IMG/VR virus record: IMGVR_UViG_3300031857_000106
Location: 56,414 to 76,413 of that record
Direction: 5' to 3' (one strand)
Source of the DNA: an uncultured virus (IMG/VR IMGVR_UViG_3300031857_000106)
Taxonomy: Duplodnaviria > Heunggongvirae > Uroviricota > Caudoviricetes
DNA length: 20,000 nucleotides
Shown here: positions 8,884 through 16,488 of the stretch, piece by piece
Layout: each line of letters starts with the position of its first letter
Numbering within the stretch: the first letter of the stretch is position 1
Program-made: the position numbers and the translations under genes
The notes under the pieces: generated by a model
What the model saw: the letters and a program-made list of their open reading frames with translations, nothing else
What the model was told of the DNA's origin: nothing
Database searches by the model: none

Positions 8884-8888
8884 GAACA

Positions 8889-9533
8889 ATGATATACTAC
8901 AAAATCCCTGGATGGTTCGACTTTCAAGATATTTACGATTTTGCAATCGATAGATCTTCTGACGGAGCAAAATTCTTAGAAATCGGAAGTTGGTTTGGAA
9001 GAAGCTCATGTTACATGGGTGAGAGAATCCTCCAATCTGGCAAAAAGATCACTCACTATTCTGTAGATCTCTGGAACCACCCAGGCCACGAAGCCATGGG
9101 GCACCACGAGACGATCCAAAAAAGAGGCGGGACAATGCTCTCTGCTTTTAGGTCTTACATGGAAGAAGCAGGCGTCTCACACATCGTCAATCCTATTCAA
9201 GGAAACTCACACCAAGTCCACGAGAACTTTGAGAATGAGAGCCTAGACTTCATTTACGTCGACGGCGACCACAGCTGGGACGGTGTAAAGAATGATATTG
9301 TTTTTTGGTGGCCAAAGTTGAAACCGGGAGGTGTCATGGCAGGCCATGATTATTTTGAGTACGGATCTTACACAGATGCCGGCAGAGCAGTCGATTTCTG
9401 CTTCAACCTGGATAACCGCGGTTTCTCTCAGAAAGCCCACATCAGGAACGGATCGTGGATGATGGAAAAGACTCTGACCGGTGACTTCGGCAGATTTGGA
9501 CCAGCCGCGATGGACCGCGAGGAAAAAATCTAA
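8889..9533 (+). CDS. class I SAM-dependent methyltransferase (Methyltransf_24-like)
   Basis: FLEIGSWFGRSS, SVDLW, LDFIYVDGDHSW..V..D...W...LKPGGVMAGHDY; start at ATG 8889. Confidence 0.88.
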   Translation: MIYYKIPGWFDFQDIYDFAIDRSSDGAKFLEIGSWFGRSSCYMGERILQSGKKITHYSVDLWNHPGHEAMGHHETIQKRGGTMLSAFRSYMEEAGVSHIVNPIQGNSHQVHENFENESLDFIYVDGDHSWDGVKNDIVFWWPKLKPGGVMAGHDYFEYGSYTDAGRAVDFCFNLDNRGFSQKAHIRNGSWMMEKTLTGDFGRFGPAAMDREEKI

Positions 9534-9550
9534 AAATAGTTCTCACTTTA

Positions 9551-9582
9551 TTTTCTCTTTTCGTCTTTTTTGATTAGATTAG
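9551..9582 (+). promoter_or_regulatory. Bacteroidota-like promoter TTTC-N19-TAGATTAG
   Basis: Same spacing as the other copies, with a variant -7 box. Confidence 0.5.
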
Positions 9583-9630
9583 TAATGGGTCGGTACAGAC
9601 TAACCCATAAAATAATCATACCCAGCATTG

Positions 9631-10026
9631 ATGAAATTGAACACCACCGAGACTTGTCTTCCCAAAAATGTGCGGAAGACAATAGAAGAGATGTACGATT
9701 TTTTGGACAGAAGGGACGAGGAAGGATTGAGCTTTTTCGATGAAGCCGAGATGCACGACAGAAAAGTCTGCTCTTGGGTCCTCGAAGATTTAATGGCTCC
9801 AATGTGCATTAAGAATTGGATTCAGCACGGAGATCCCAGCCTCACTAGATCACAGGCCGGAAAATTGTTAGAGAGAATTCCTCTCCTCTACACATTTCAC
9901 ACACTAAAAATGAAAGGGCTGATGGACAGCATGGAGAACGAGAAGGGAGAAGAGATCTACTTCCTCTCAGAAAAAGGCAAAGAGTTCGGACGCCTCATGG
10001 AATGGAACAAAAAAACAAAGACATGA
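9631..10026 (+). CDS. hypothetical protein with winged-helix-like C-terminus; true start may be 9585 via frameshift
   Basis: LKMKGLM...EEIYFLSEKGKE resembles a wHTH wing. Confidence 0.65.
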   Translation: MKLNTTETCLPKNVRKTIEEMYDFLDRRDEEGLSFFDEAEMHDRKVCSWVLEDLMAPMCIKNWIQHGDPSLTRSQAGKLLERIPLLYTFHTLKMKGLMDSMENEKGEEIYFLSEKGKEFGRLMEWNKKTKT

Positions 10027-10175
10027 TAAAGAACCTAGCCATTTTCTTAGCGACCGGCACCCTGGCACTGGCAGCATTCATCCTCCTCGAGAGAAAAGCC
10101 GAAAAGAAACCCGGCACCAAGTTCTCGAGGTGGTGGAGAAAGCACATTGTTTCAGACACACACAAAGAAGAATGA
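10023..10175 (+). CDS. small membrane protein (50 aa)
   Basis: MIKNLAIFLATGTLALAAFILLERK...FSRWWRKHIV; ATGA-coupled on both sides. Confidence 0.65.
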   Translation: MIKNLAIFLATGTLALAAFILLERKAEKKPGTKFSRWWRKHIVSDTHKEE

Positions 10176-10840
10176 AATACCTTAGCATAGACATCGAGAC
10201 TTCTGGATTAGATCCAGCTCTCAATCAAATCCTCTCAATCGCAGCGATCTTCGAAGACACCGAGAAGAAGCTCCCATGGGACGAAGTACCTAAATTTCAC
10301 GTAGGCATTGTTCGACACCAGATCACCGGATCTCCCAGAGCAATCAACATGAACTCAAAACTCATCGATTGGATGGGGAGGTGGTTAGAACCGAAAGATG
10401 CCACTGAGAGAGCTTTTGTCTCTCTCGAATCCGGAATGGAATGGGTACAAGAAGAAGAGGCTGCAAAAAAGTTCTATCGTTTTTTATGCGATTGCGGTCT
10501 AGGTGAATCTGTACAGCTCAAACCTGAAGGATCGGAAAATTGGGAAGCAAAAGAGATTGTTTTCAACGGAGCCACTAAACCGATCACGATCAACGTCGCT
10601 GGAAAGAACTTTGGCACCTTCGATAAGAAATTTTTAGAGCTCCTCCCTTGGTGGCAGAAACTGATCAGAGTCCGCCAAAGAATCATTGATCCAGCAGTGC
10701 TCTTCGTCGACTGGAAAGAAGATGAGTCTCTTCCTGGATTAGACAAATGTAAAAACCGAGCAGGCATCCACGGCCTGGTGACACACAACGCCCTCGAGGA
10801 TTCTTGGGATGTAATTGAACTTTTGAGAAAACACTATTGA
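10172..10840 (+). CDS. DEDDh 3'-5' exonuclease (DnaQ/oligoribonuclease-like)
   Basis: SIDIETSGLD, AGKNFGTFD, HNALED. Confidence 0.88.
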   Translation: MKYLSIDIETSGLDPALNQILSIAAIFEDTEKKLPWDEVPKFHVGIVRHQITGSPRAINMNSKLIDWMGRWLEPKDATERAFVSLESGMEWVQEEEAAKKFYRFLCDCGLGESVQLKPEGSENWEAKEIVFNGATKPITINVAGKNFGTFDKKFLELLPWWQKLIRVRQRIIDPAVLFVDWKEDESLPGLDKCKNRAGIHGLVTHNALEDSWDVIELLRKHY

Positions 10841-10841
10841 G

Positions 10842-10988
10842 ATGAAAGAACTGACTTTTAACGAATGGCAAAAACACATTGCTAAAGAACTAGAAAAGAA
10901 CTACAGAAAGTTGAAACTCGTGAGAGTCCACCCTTCAAAATCGATACATTCTATCGATCGAAAGCAGGGATCCTCTTTATGTAAATAG
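10842..10988 (+). CDS. small hypothetical protein (48 aa, MKELTFNEWQKHIAKEL...)
   Basis: Manually translated; fills gap up to the next promoter motif. Confidence 0.5.
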   Translation: MKELTFNEWQKHIAKELEKNYRKLKLVRVHPSKSIHSIDRKQGSSLCK

Positions 10989-11020
10989 TTTCTGCTTTCG
11001 TCCATTTTTTCTATCTTTTA
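10988..11020 (+). promoter_or_regulatory. Bacteroidota-like promoter TTTC-N19-TATCTTTT
   Basis: Conserved motif and spacing. Confidence 0.6.
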
Positions 11021-11041
11021 TTCATTCTTAACTAAAGAAAT

Positions 11042-11299
11042 ATGGAGAAGACAAAGATATTTGAGAACAACAAATTCTCTTGGTACGTGACTGAAGAGAC
11101 CAAGTTGGCCGGAGCTTACGCTAAGTCAAAGGGCATGTTTCAACTCCTGGTGGCGCAAGTAGAAGACAGAGCTGATGGGAGATTGGAATACGTGATACTC
11201 AAAGCAGATGAGGAGGGTAAGACAGAACCCGTTTTTGCATCCACAGCAATAAATGAAGTACTGTCACATTTAGAAGCATTAACTGAAACGAAAGAATGA
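11042..11299 (+). CDS. hypothetical protein
   Basis: 85 aa ORF after promoter motif. Confidence 0.7.
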   Translation: MEKTKIFENNKFSWYVTEETKLAGAYAKSKGMFQLLVAQVEDRADGRLEYVILKADEEGKTEPVFASTAINEVLSHLEALTETKE

Positions 11300-12027
11300 C
11301 GAACACAAAATCTCTCAAATGCCCTTGTTGCTTCAGCGATTTAGCGGTGACGCACCAAGGCAAATACGAGACTCTGATAGAACACGTAGAATGTAGAGAG
11401 CCTGATATGAAAGACGGGTACCAGTGTCCTAACAGCAGATGTGCAGCCTATGAGTTCAACGGAGTATGGATAGAAGACGGAGATTTCTGGATCAAGGAAC
11501 CACCGGCTGGCATGAACCACGAAGAAGCTGAACAACAGATAGAGAACCATAGCCTCACCGGAAGAACATACGCAGTAAACAGTTTCTCTGACGGGTACGA
11601 AAGATACCGAGATGAACAGGCAAAGAGCACAGTGACTTTAAACCTCCACTGGTTCATCCTTGAATTTACTCCTCGATTTGAAAGAATTGAAGGTTCCAAC
11701 GAATGGGTAAAAACAGGCAAGTGGAAGCGGACAATAATGAGATCAGTAGGCGATGGACGGTATGTTCATTTCATGACCTTCTGGGACATCTATTACTATG
11801 AATTGGATAACTATAAGAGGAACTTCATCGGCCTTCTGGAAGGTGACGAGGAGGCTACTGCGGACATTCTCAAAATGATAGAGAACGAAGATATGTGGGG
11901 AAAGAAAGAAAAGAGGTTCTGGTGGAAGATAGCTCGTTACTTCATCTGTTGGGTTTGGAACAGAGGAACGTCCAAAAAGATAAAACAATACCATGAGAAA
12001 AATGATAGAAAATTACGGGTACTTTGA
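11296..12027 (+). CDS. hypothetical protein with N-terminal zinc-ribbon-like Cys pairs
   Basis: CPCC...CPNSRC. Confidence 0.7.
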   Translation: MTNTKSLKCPCCFSDLAVTHQGKYETLIEHVECREPDMKDGYQCPNSRCAAYEFNGVWIEDGDFWIKEPPAGMNHEEAEQQIENHSLTGRTYAVNSFSDGYERYRDEQAKSTVTLNLHWFILEFTPRFERIEGSNEWVKTGKWKRTIMRSVGDGRYVHFMTFWDIYYYELDNYKRNFIGLLEGDEEATADILKMIENEDMWGKKEKRFWWKIARYFICWVWNRGTSKKIKQYHEKNDRKLRVL

Positions 12028-12313
12028 TGCCGAGGGTCTCAGAGTCGGTAGAATGATCTCAGGATCTAAATCTTCCTACAGAGAAAGATATCCAGATCAC
12101 GAAATCTGCTTCAACGCCAACATCTTCTCTTTACAACAGGGAAAGATCTGGTACGGAGATTTAGATCTCACTTTAGATAGCGAAAAGCTAGACAGAATCG
12201 CAGAGAGCCTCGGAGAGAAACTCTATGTGGTGAGAGAAATGGACGGAAGATTCGAGAACGAGAGCCTTACAGAGATCAAAGTAATGCAAAAAGCAATTTA
12301 TACTACGAAGTAA
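11993..12313 (+). CDS. hypothetical phage protein
   Basis: 106 aa; GRMISGSKS.Y...FNANI...WYGDLDL...LYV.RE.DGRF. Confidence 0.7.
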   Translation: MRKMIENYGYFDAEGLRVGRMISGSKSSYRERYPDHEICFNANIFSLQQGKIWYGDLDLTLDSEKLDRIAESLGEKLYVVREMDGRFENESLTEIKVMQKAIYTTK

Positions 12314-12513
12314 TGTTAGAAAGAACGAAAGGTACTATTTTCATCGGAGAGAGCTACGGAGTTCGAGTTACTGTTGAGTTAGACAGAGCTGATATTGAGC
12401 TTGAAGATGCTTTCAACGCGTTCAGAACTGTCCTCACAGGTCTCAGTTGGAACAACGAGCAGATAGAAAATTGGATAAAAACAAAAGCAGAAGAATTAAA
12501 AGAAAATGAATAA
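12313..12513 (+). CDS. hypothetical protein
   Basis: 66 aa, TAATG-coupled. Confidence 0.65.
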   Translation: MLERTKGTIFIGESYGVRVTVELDRADIELEDAFNAFRTVLTGLSWNNEQIENWIKTKAEELKENE

Positions 12514-12922
12514 AAAGCTCTACATAGTACGAGGTCTTCCAGGATCTGGAAAATCTACATTTGCTGAAGCCTTAGTCGGTTCAGATTTTTTAGTTTGTGA
12601 AGCTGACAAATTCTTTTATGACAGAGAAGGCAACTACAATTTCGATGGTTCAAAATTAAAAGAGGCTCACGAATCATGTAGAAGCCGAGTAGAGACCTAC
12701 ATGAAAGATTCTCTGGTGAACGACCAGTTCTATAGAAAGATAGCAGTCTCTAACACTTTTACTCGTGAATGGGAAATGCAGCCTTACGTAGATCTTGCGG
12801 AGAAGTACGGTTACCAAGTCTTCTCGGTGATAGTTGAAAACAGACACGGCGGAAAAAATGTTCATGGAGTTCCAGACGAAGTGATTGAAAAGATGAAAGA
12901 GAGATTTGAAATAAAATTATGA
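12506..12922 (+). CDS. P-loop kinase (polynucleotide-kinase/AAA_33-like)
   Basis: IVRGLPGSGKST, EAD, VSNTF, NVHGVP; coupled to the RNA ligase gene. Confidence 0.85.
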   Translation: MNKKLYIVRGLPGSGKSTFAEALVGSDFLVCEADKFFYDREGNYNFDGSKLKEAHESCRSRVETYMKDSLVNDQFYRKIAVSNTFTREWEMQPYVDLAEKYGYQVFSVIVENRHGGKNVHGVPDEVIEKMKERFEIKL

Positions 12923-13989
12923 AGTTTGATCTAGATATCCTGAACTCTTACTTAGAAAAAGGTCTCTTGGAAAAGAACGATCATCCGAACCTCCCTCTTT
13001 CTATTTGGAACTATTCTCGGACTTGTCAGTACTCTGGATCTTGGGATGAGATCACTCTCAAGTGTCGAGGACTGATCTTGGACAATGAGGGGAATGTCGT
13101 TGCTCGAGCATTCGACAAGTTCTTCAACTACGAGGAGGTCGTCGATCAGGTTCCTGTCAGAGGAGACTACGTTTATGTCCAAGAAAAACTGGACGGTTCT
13201 CTAGGAATCTTGTTCCACTATGCAGACGATTGGCACATGGCCACGAAGGGATCATTCACATCAGACCAAGCGAAAAGGGGAATGGAGATCATCAAGTCAA
13301 AATATCAGATGAGAACTTTTCTTCCTCAGATGACTTATCTCTGTGAGATCATCTACCCTGAGAACAGGATCGTGGTCGATTACAGAGGAAAGGAAAAAGT
13401 AGTTTTCATCGGAGTGACCTCAGAAGGAGAAGAGCTCCACTGGACCATGGCTCAATCGATCTTCATCGCAACAGGGATTGAGAAAAAAGACAGAGTAGAG
13501 ACTGAACAGCATTTCTCTTTCGGTCCTGAACTCTATCGTTCTCTAAAGGAAAAACAAGAGGGTAACCGAGAAGGCTACGTCCTCAGGTTCCAGCCGGGTA
13601 ATTTTAGAATGAAGATCAAGTTCGAAGAGTACGTAAGGCTTCACAGAATTTTGACAGGCTTTTCTAACAAAGACATCTGGGAGTACCTCAAAGACAAGAG
13701 AGACTTTAATAAGTTGTTGGACAGAGTTCCTGACGAATTTGACTCTTGGGTGAGAGAGACAGCTGAAGACTTGAATACGAAATATGAAAGCATCCAACGA
13801 GATTATGTTTCGCACTTCTTAAAAATTAGAGAAAAGACTCCTGACAGAAAATCTTTCGCTGAAGAGGCAAAGAAGTTCCCGCATTCTGGCATACTTTTCG
13901 CGATGTTAGATGGGAGAGAATATGACGAGCACATTTGGAAAATCATCAAACCTGATTATCAGAAACCCTTTTGGAAGAGAGAAGATTAG
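12919..13989 (+). CDS. T4 Rnl1-like RNA ligase
   Basis: CRGLI...ARAFDKFFN, EKLDGSLG (motif I), ATKGSF, CEII, REGYV (motif IV), KIKFEEY (motif V). Confidence 0.9.
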   Translation: MKFDLDILNSYLEKGLLEKNDHPNLPLSIWNYSRTCQYSGSWDEITLKCRGLILDNEGNVVARAFDKFFNYEEVVDQVPVRGDYVYVQEKLDGSLGILFHYADDWHMATKGSFTSDQAKRGMEIIKSKYQMRTFLPQMTYLCEIIYPENRIVVDYRGKEKVVFIGVTSEGEELHWTMAQSIFIATGIEKKDRVETEQHFSFGPELYRSLKEKQEGNREGYVLRFQPGNFRMKIKFEEYVRLHRILTGFSNKDIWEYLKDKRDFNKLLDRVPDEFDSWVRETAEDLNTKYESIQRDYVSHFLKIREKTPDRKSFAEEAKKFPHSGILFAMLDGREYDEHIWKIIKPDYQKPFWKRED

Positions 13990-14015
13990 AAACATTTCTT
14001 CCTCGAAATCTATAA
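13989..14015 (+). promoter_or_regulatory. promoter-like motif GAAAC-N17-TATAA
   Basis: Matches 8857-8883; ATG follows 3 nt later. Confidence 0.5.
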
Positions 14016-14018
14016 AAC

Positions 14019-15158
14019 ATGATGAACATTGACGAACAATATAAGAATCTCCTCAGAGACATTCTAGAAAACGGAAGGGCCAAAGAAGACCGAACTGGAA
14101 CTGGAACACTAAGCGTTTTCGGAAGACAGATCAGGCATCGAATGAGAGACGGCTTTCCTCTTCTCACCACGAAGAAGATGGCCTGGAAGTCAATAGTAAT
14201 AGAGCTCCTCTGGTTCTTGCAAGGCAGAACCGATCTCAGATATCTCCTCGCAAATGGTTGCCACATTTGGACCGGCGACGCTTACAAAAAATGGGACAAG
14301 AACTACGATTACGAACATCCACCCTTCAGCGGCCCCTATCCACCGAGGCTGACGCACAAAGAATTTGAGGAAAAGATCCTCACCGATCCCGACTTCGAGA
14401 AGATGTACGGAGAACTCGGACCGATCTACGGTAAGCAATGGAGAAAATGGGAAAGAAAAGCAACAAGAGAAGAAAAGATCGTTGATCCTGGAGTCTATAG
14501 CGTTTTCATTGACCAGGTTCAAATCCTGCTCGATGAACTCGTATCTAACCCTGATAGCAGACGTTTGATGGTCAACGCTTGGAATGTTGGAGAACTGGAT
14601 CAGATGACTCTACCGCCTTGCCACTACGGTTTCCAAGTCTACACTCGAGAGCTCACGCCTCAGGAAAGATACAGATACTGGTTCGATCACAATTACGAGA
14701 CAGGAATGGAATACAATGATGAACAGGTACCAGACTATGAAGACTCTTACTACTCACCTACTCCGAAGAGAGCAATCTCTCTCATGTGGAACCAGAGATC
14801 GGTGGATACTTTTCTAGGACTGCCTTTCAACATTGCTTCTTACGCTCTTCTCTTGAAAATCATCGCTGAGATCACCGGTTACATGGCTGACGAGCTCATC
14901 GGAAACTTGGGAGACACTCACCTCTACATGGATCACATAGATCAGGCAAAAGAACAGCTCGCTCGAGAGCCTTTTGGATCTCCTAGGTTGGAACTGAACA
15001 CTGAGTTCTGGTGCCCAGGCACTGAGGAAGGCTGTATCGGAACACCGGGAAGCTACACCAAAAACTTCGATGCTCTGGTCAAAAGCTTCGACGTAGAAGA
15101 CTTTCAGATATTTCATTACCGATACCATCCGGCGATCAAGGCGCCACTTTCAAATTGA
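14019..15158 (+). CDS. thyA: thymidylate synthase with insertions
   Basis: DRTGTGT, FPLLTTKK, ELLWFL, LGPIYGKQWR, SRRL, LPPCH, QRSVD.FLGLPFNIASY, DTHLY. Confidence 0.96.
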   Translation: MMNIDEQYKNLLRDILENGRAKEDRTGTGTLSVFGRQIRHRMRDGFPLLTTKKMAWKSIVIELLWFLQGRTDLRYLLANGCHIWTGDAYKKWDKNYDYEHPPFSGPYPPRLTHKEFEEKILTDPDFEKMYGELGPIYGKQWRKWERKATREEKIVDPGVYSVFIDQVQILLDELVSNPDSRRLMVNAWNVGELDQMTLPPCHYGFQVYTRELTPQERYRYWFDHNYETGMEYNDEQVPDYEDSYYSPTPKRAISLMWNQRSVDTFLGLPFNIASYALLLKIIAEITGYMADELIGNLGDTHLYMDHIDQAKEQLAREPFGSPRLELNTEFWCPGTEEGCIGTPGSYTKNFDALVKSFDVEDFQIFHYRYHPAIKAPLSN

Positions 15159-15159
15159 T

Positions 15160-15669
15160 ATGAAGAAATGGATATACTTAGACGATGTTAGAACTCCGGC
15201 ACAGGACATCCAGGTGTCCTGGGGAGGCTCTAGTCCCGTCAAAATAGAATGGATCGTGGTCAGAAGCTATCACGAGTTCGTGGATAAGATACTAGAGATC
15301 GGATTAGACTCAATCGACGGAATCTCATTCGATCACGATCTAGGACCCCAAGCGATGGCTGAGTACTACAGAAACGTGATGCCTAACTATACACTAGACT
15401 ACAGTAACATTGACGAGCTCACAGGCTATCATGCATGCAGATGGTTAGTCGATCACTACTACGAGAAGAATCCTCAGAGGTTAGAGATGGAGAGGAAAGA
15501 AAAGAAGGAAACCTCATTCAGTTTTCCAGTTCTCACCGTACACTCAGCGAACCCAGTCGGATCAGCCAACATCATGGGATATCTGAACAACTTTCTCAAA
15601 AATGAGGCTCAACCTCAATCTTGCATCCGTCACTTTTGGGAGCTCAGTCCCACATCAGAAACAATTTAA
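15160..15669 (+). CDS. cyclic-phosphate-processing receiver (cREC)-like domain protein
   Basis: YLDDVRTP, W.VVRSY.EF, ISFDHDLG, TGY...WL, VHSANPVG..NI. Confidence 0.75.
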   Translation: MKKWIYLDDVRTPAQDIQVSWGGSSPVKIEWIVVRSYHEFVDKILEIGLDSIDGISFDHDLGPQAMAEYYRNVMPNYTLDYSNIDELTGYHACRWLVDHYYEKNPQRLEMERKEKKETSFSFPVLTVHSANPVGSANIMGYLNNFLKNEAQPQSCIRHFWELSPTSETI

Positions 15670-15670
15670 C

Positions 15671-15868
15671 ATGGATTTGAAGCCTCAATATGAATGGATC
15701 ATTAAAGGGTCTCTCGAAGAAATCTTAGCTTACAAAAAACCTGATGAGGATCCTGTCTTCATCGATTCTGAAAAAGCTGTTCTCCAATGCATCGAAGTGA
15801 TGAACGCGATGAAGAACTCTCACAAAAATACTCAAAATCTCCTTGCCGACCTTTCACGGCACCTCTAA
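15671..15868 (+). CDS. hypothetical protein
   Basis: 65 aa from ATG 15671. Confidence 0.55.
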   Translation: MDLKPQYEWIIKGSLEEILAYKKPDEDPVFIDSEKAVLQCIEVMNAMKNSHKNTQNLLADLSRHL

Positions 15869-15915
15869 TCTGTTCTGTTTTTTTCTCATCTCTGAATAAA
15901 TAAACTAGAATTCAG

Positions 15916-15962
15916 AAAAATGAGATGCAAGAGAACGGAAAGCTCTTCTCATTTCTGGTTAT
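15916..15962 (+). repeat. 47-nt exact direct repeat, copy 1 (hairpin over start codon)
   Basis: aaaaatgagatgcaagagaacggaaagctcttctcatttctggttat, identical at 16442-16488. Confidence 0.95.
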
Positions 15963-16178
15963 CACTCCTCTTTTAATGGCTTTATCTAAGCCTGAAAGAG
16001 CTGCGATATATCGGACCACAGAGAAGTATATCGATACTATTAACACTAGTGTCAAAATTAGAGACAGTGTCCTCGACGCTGATATCTCTCGCCTTTCCCC
16101 TTCTATATCATCTTTCACAAGGACAGAAATGTTCTGAAAGAGTGCGTCTTGTTGATCGAAAAAATAAAAAGTAAAACT
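15925..16178 (+). pseudogene. internally deleted, frameshifted paralog of the 16451-16993 gene
   Basis: Shares MQENGKLFSFLVI; YIDTINTSVKI~YTVDRVKNSVQI; in another frame IFHKDRN~VFHKDKN and NVLKECVLLIEKI~NALKKTCISLVEKL. Confidence 0.7.
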
Positions 16179-16433
16179 ATGAAATGGTTCAAGTCGCTCT
16201 TCGATGACAACAACTCAATCAACGAAAAATCTGTAGTGGGATTTTCGGCTTTCGTGATGATGGTGATCACTCTAATTACTGACATCACTACCGGTGTAAT
16301 GGGTAGAGAAATGCCAATTCACGAATTTGTGTTCGATGGCTTCATGGTCATCGTCCTCGGATCTTTCGGTATCGCTTCTGTCGATAAGTTCATCAACAAA
16401 AGAAAAGGTAAGGACTCAGACACAGAAGAATAA
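16179..16433 (+). CDS. small two-TM membrane protein (holin-like topology)
   Basis: Two hydrophobic segments and a charged C-terminus; start at ATG 16179. Confidence 0.7.
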   Translation: MKWFKSLFDDNNSINEKSVVGFSAFVMMVITLITDITTGVMGREMPIHEFVFDGFMVIVLGSFGIASVDKFINKRKGKDSDTEE

Positions 16434-16441
16434 GAAAAAAC

Positions 16442-16488
16442 AAAAATGAGATGCAAGAGAACGGAAAGCTCTTCTCATTTCTGGTTAT
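16442..16488 (+). repeat. 47-nt exact direct repeat, copy 2
   Basis: Identical to 15916-15962. Confidence 0.95.

Noticed and set aside
14019..15158. ThyA homolog as a dCMP hydroxymethylase, or an intron/intein-containing gene
   Set aside because: It retains the dUMP-specifying Asn in GLPFNIASY; the frame is continuous and no intein or endonuclease motifs are visible.
15912..16118. Minus-strand 68-aa ORF with a hydrophobic stretch
   Set aside because: Antisense to the paralog relic, no evident promoter, and it would be the only minus-strand gene; better explained as a shadow.
15916..16488. 47-nt repeats as CRISPR repeats, att sites or DGR template/variable repeats
   Set aside because: Only two copies 526 nt apart, exactly identical with no A-specific mismatches, at gene starts, and no cas, integrase or reverse transcriptase in the window.
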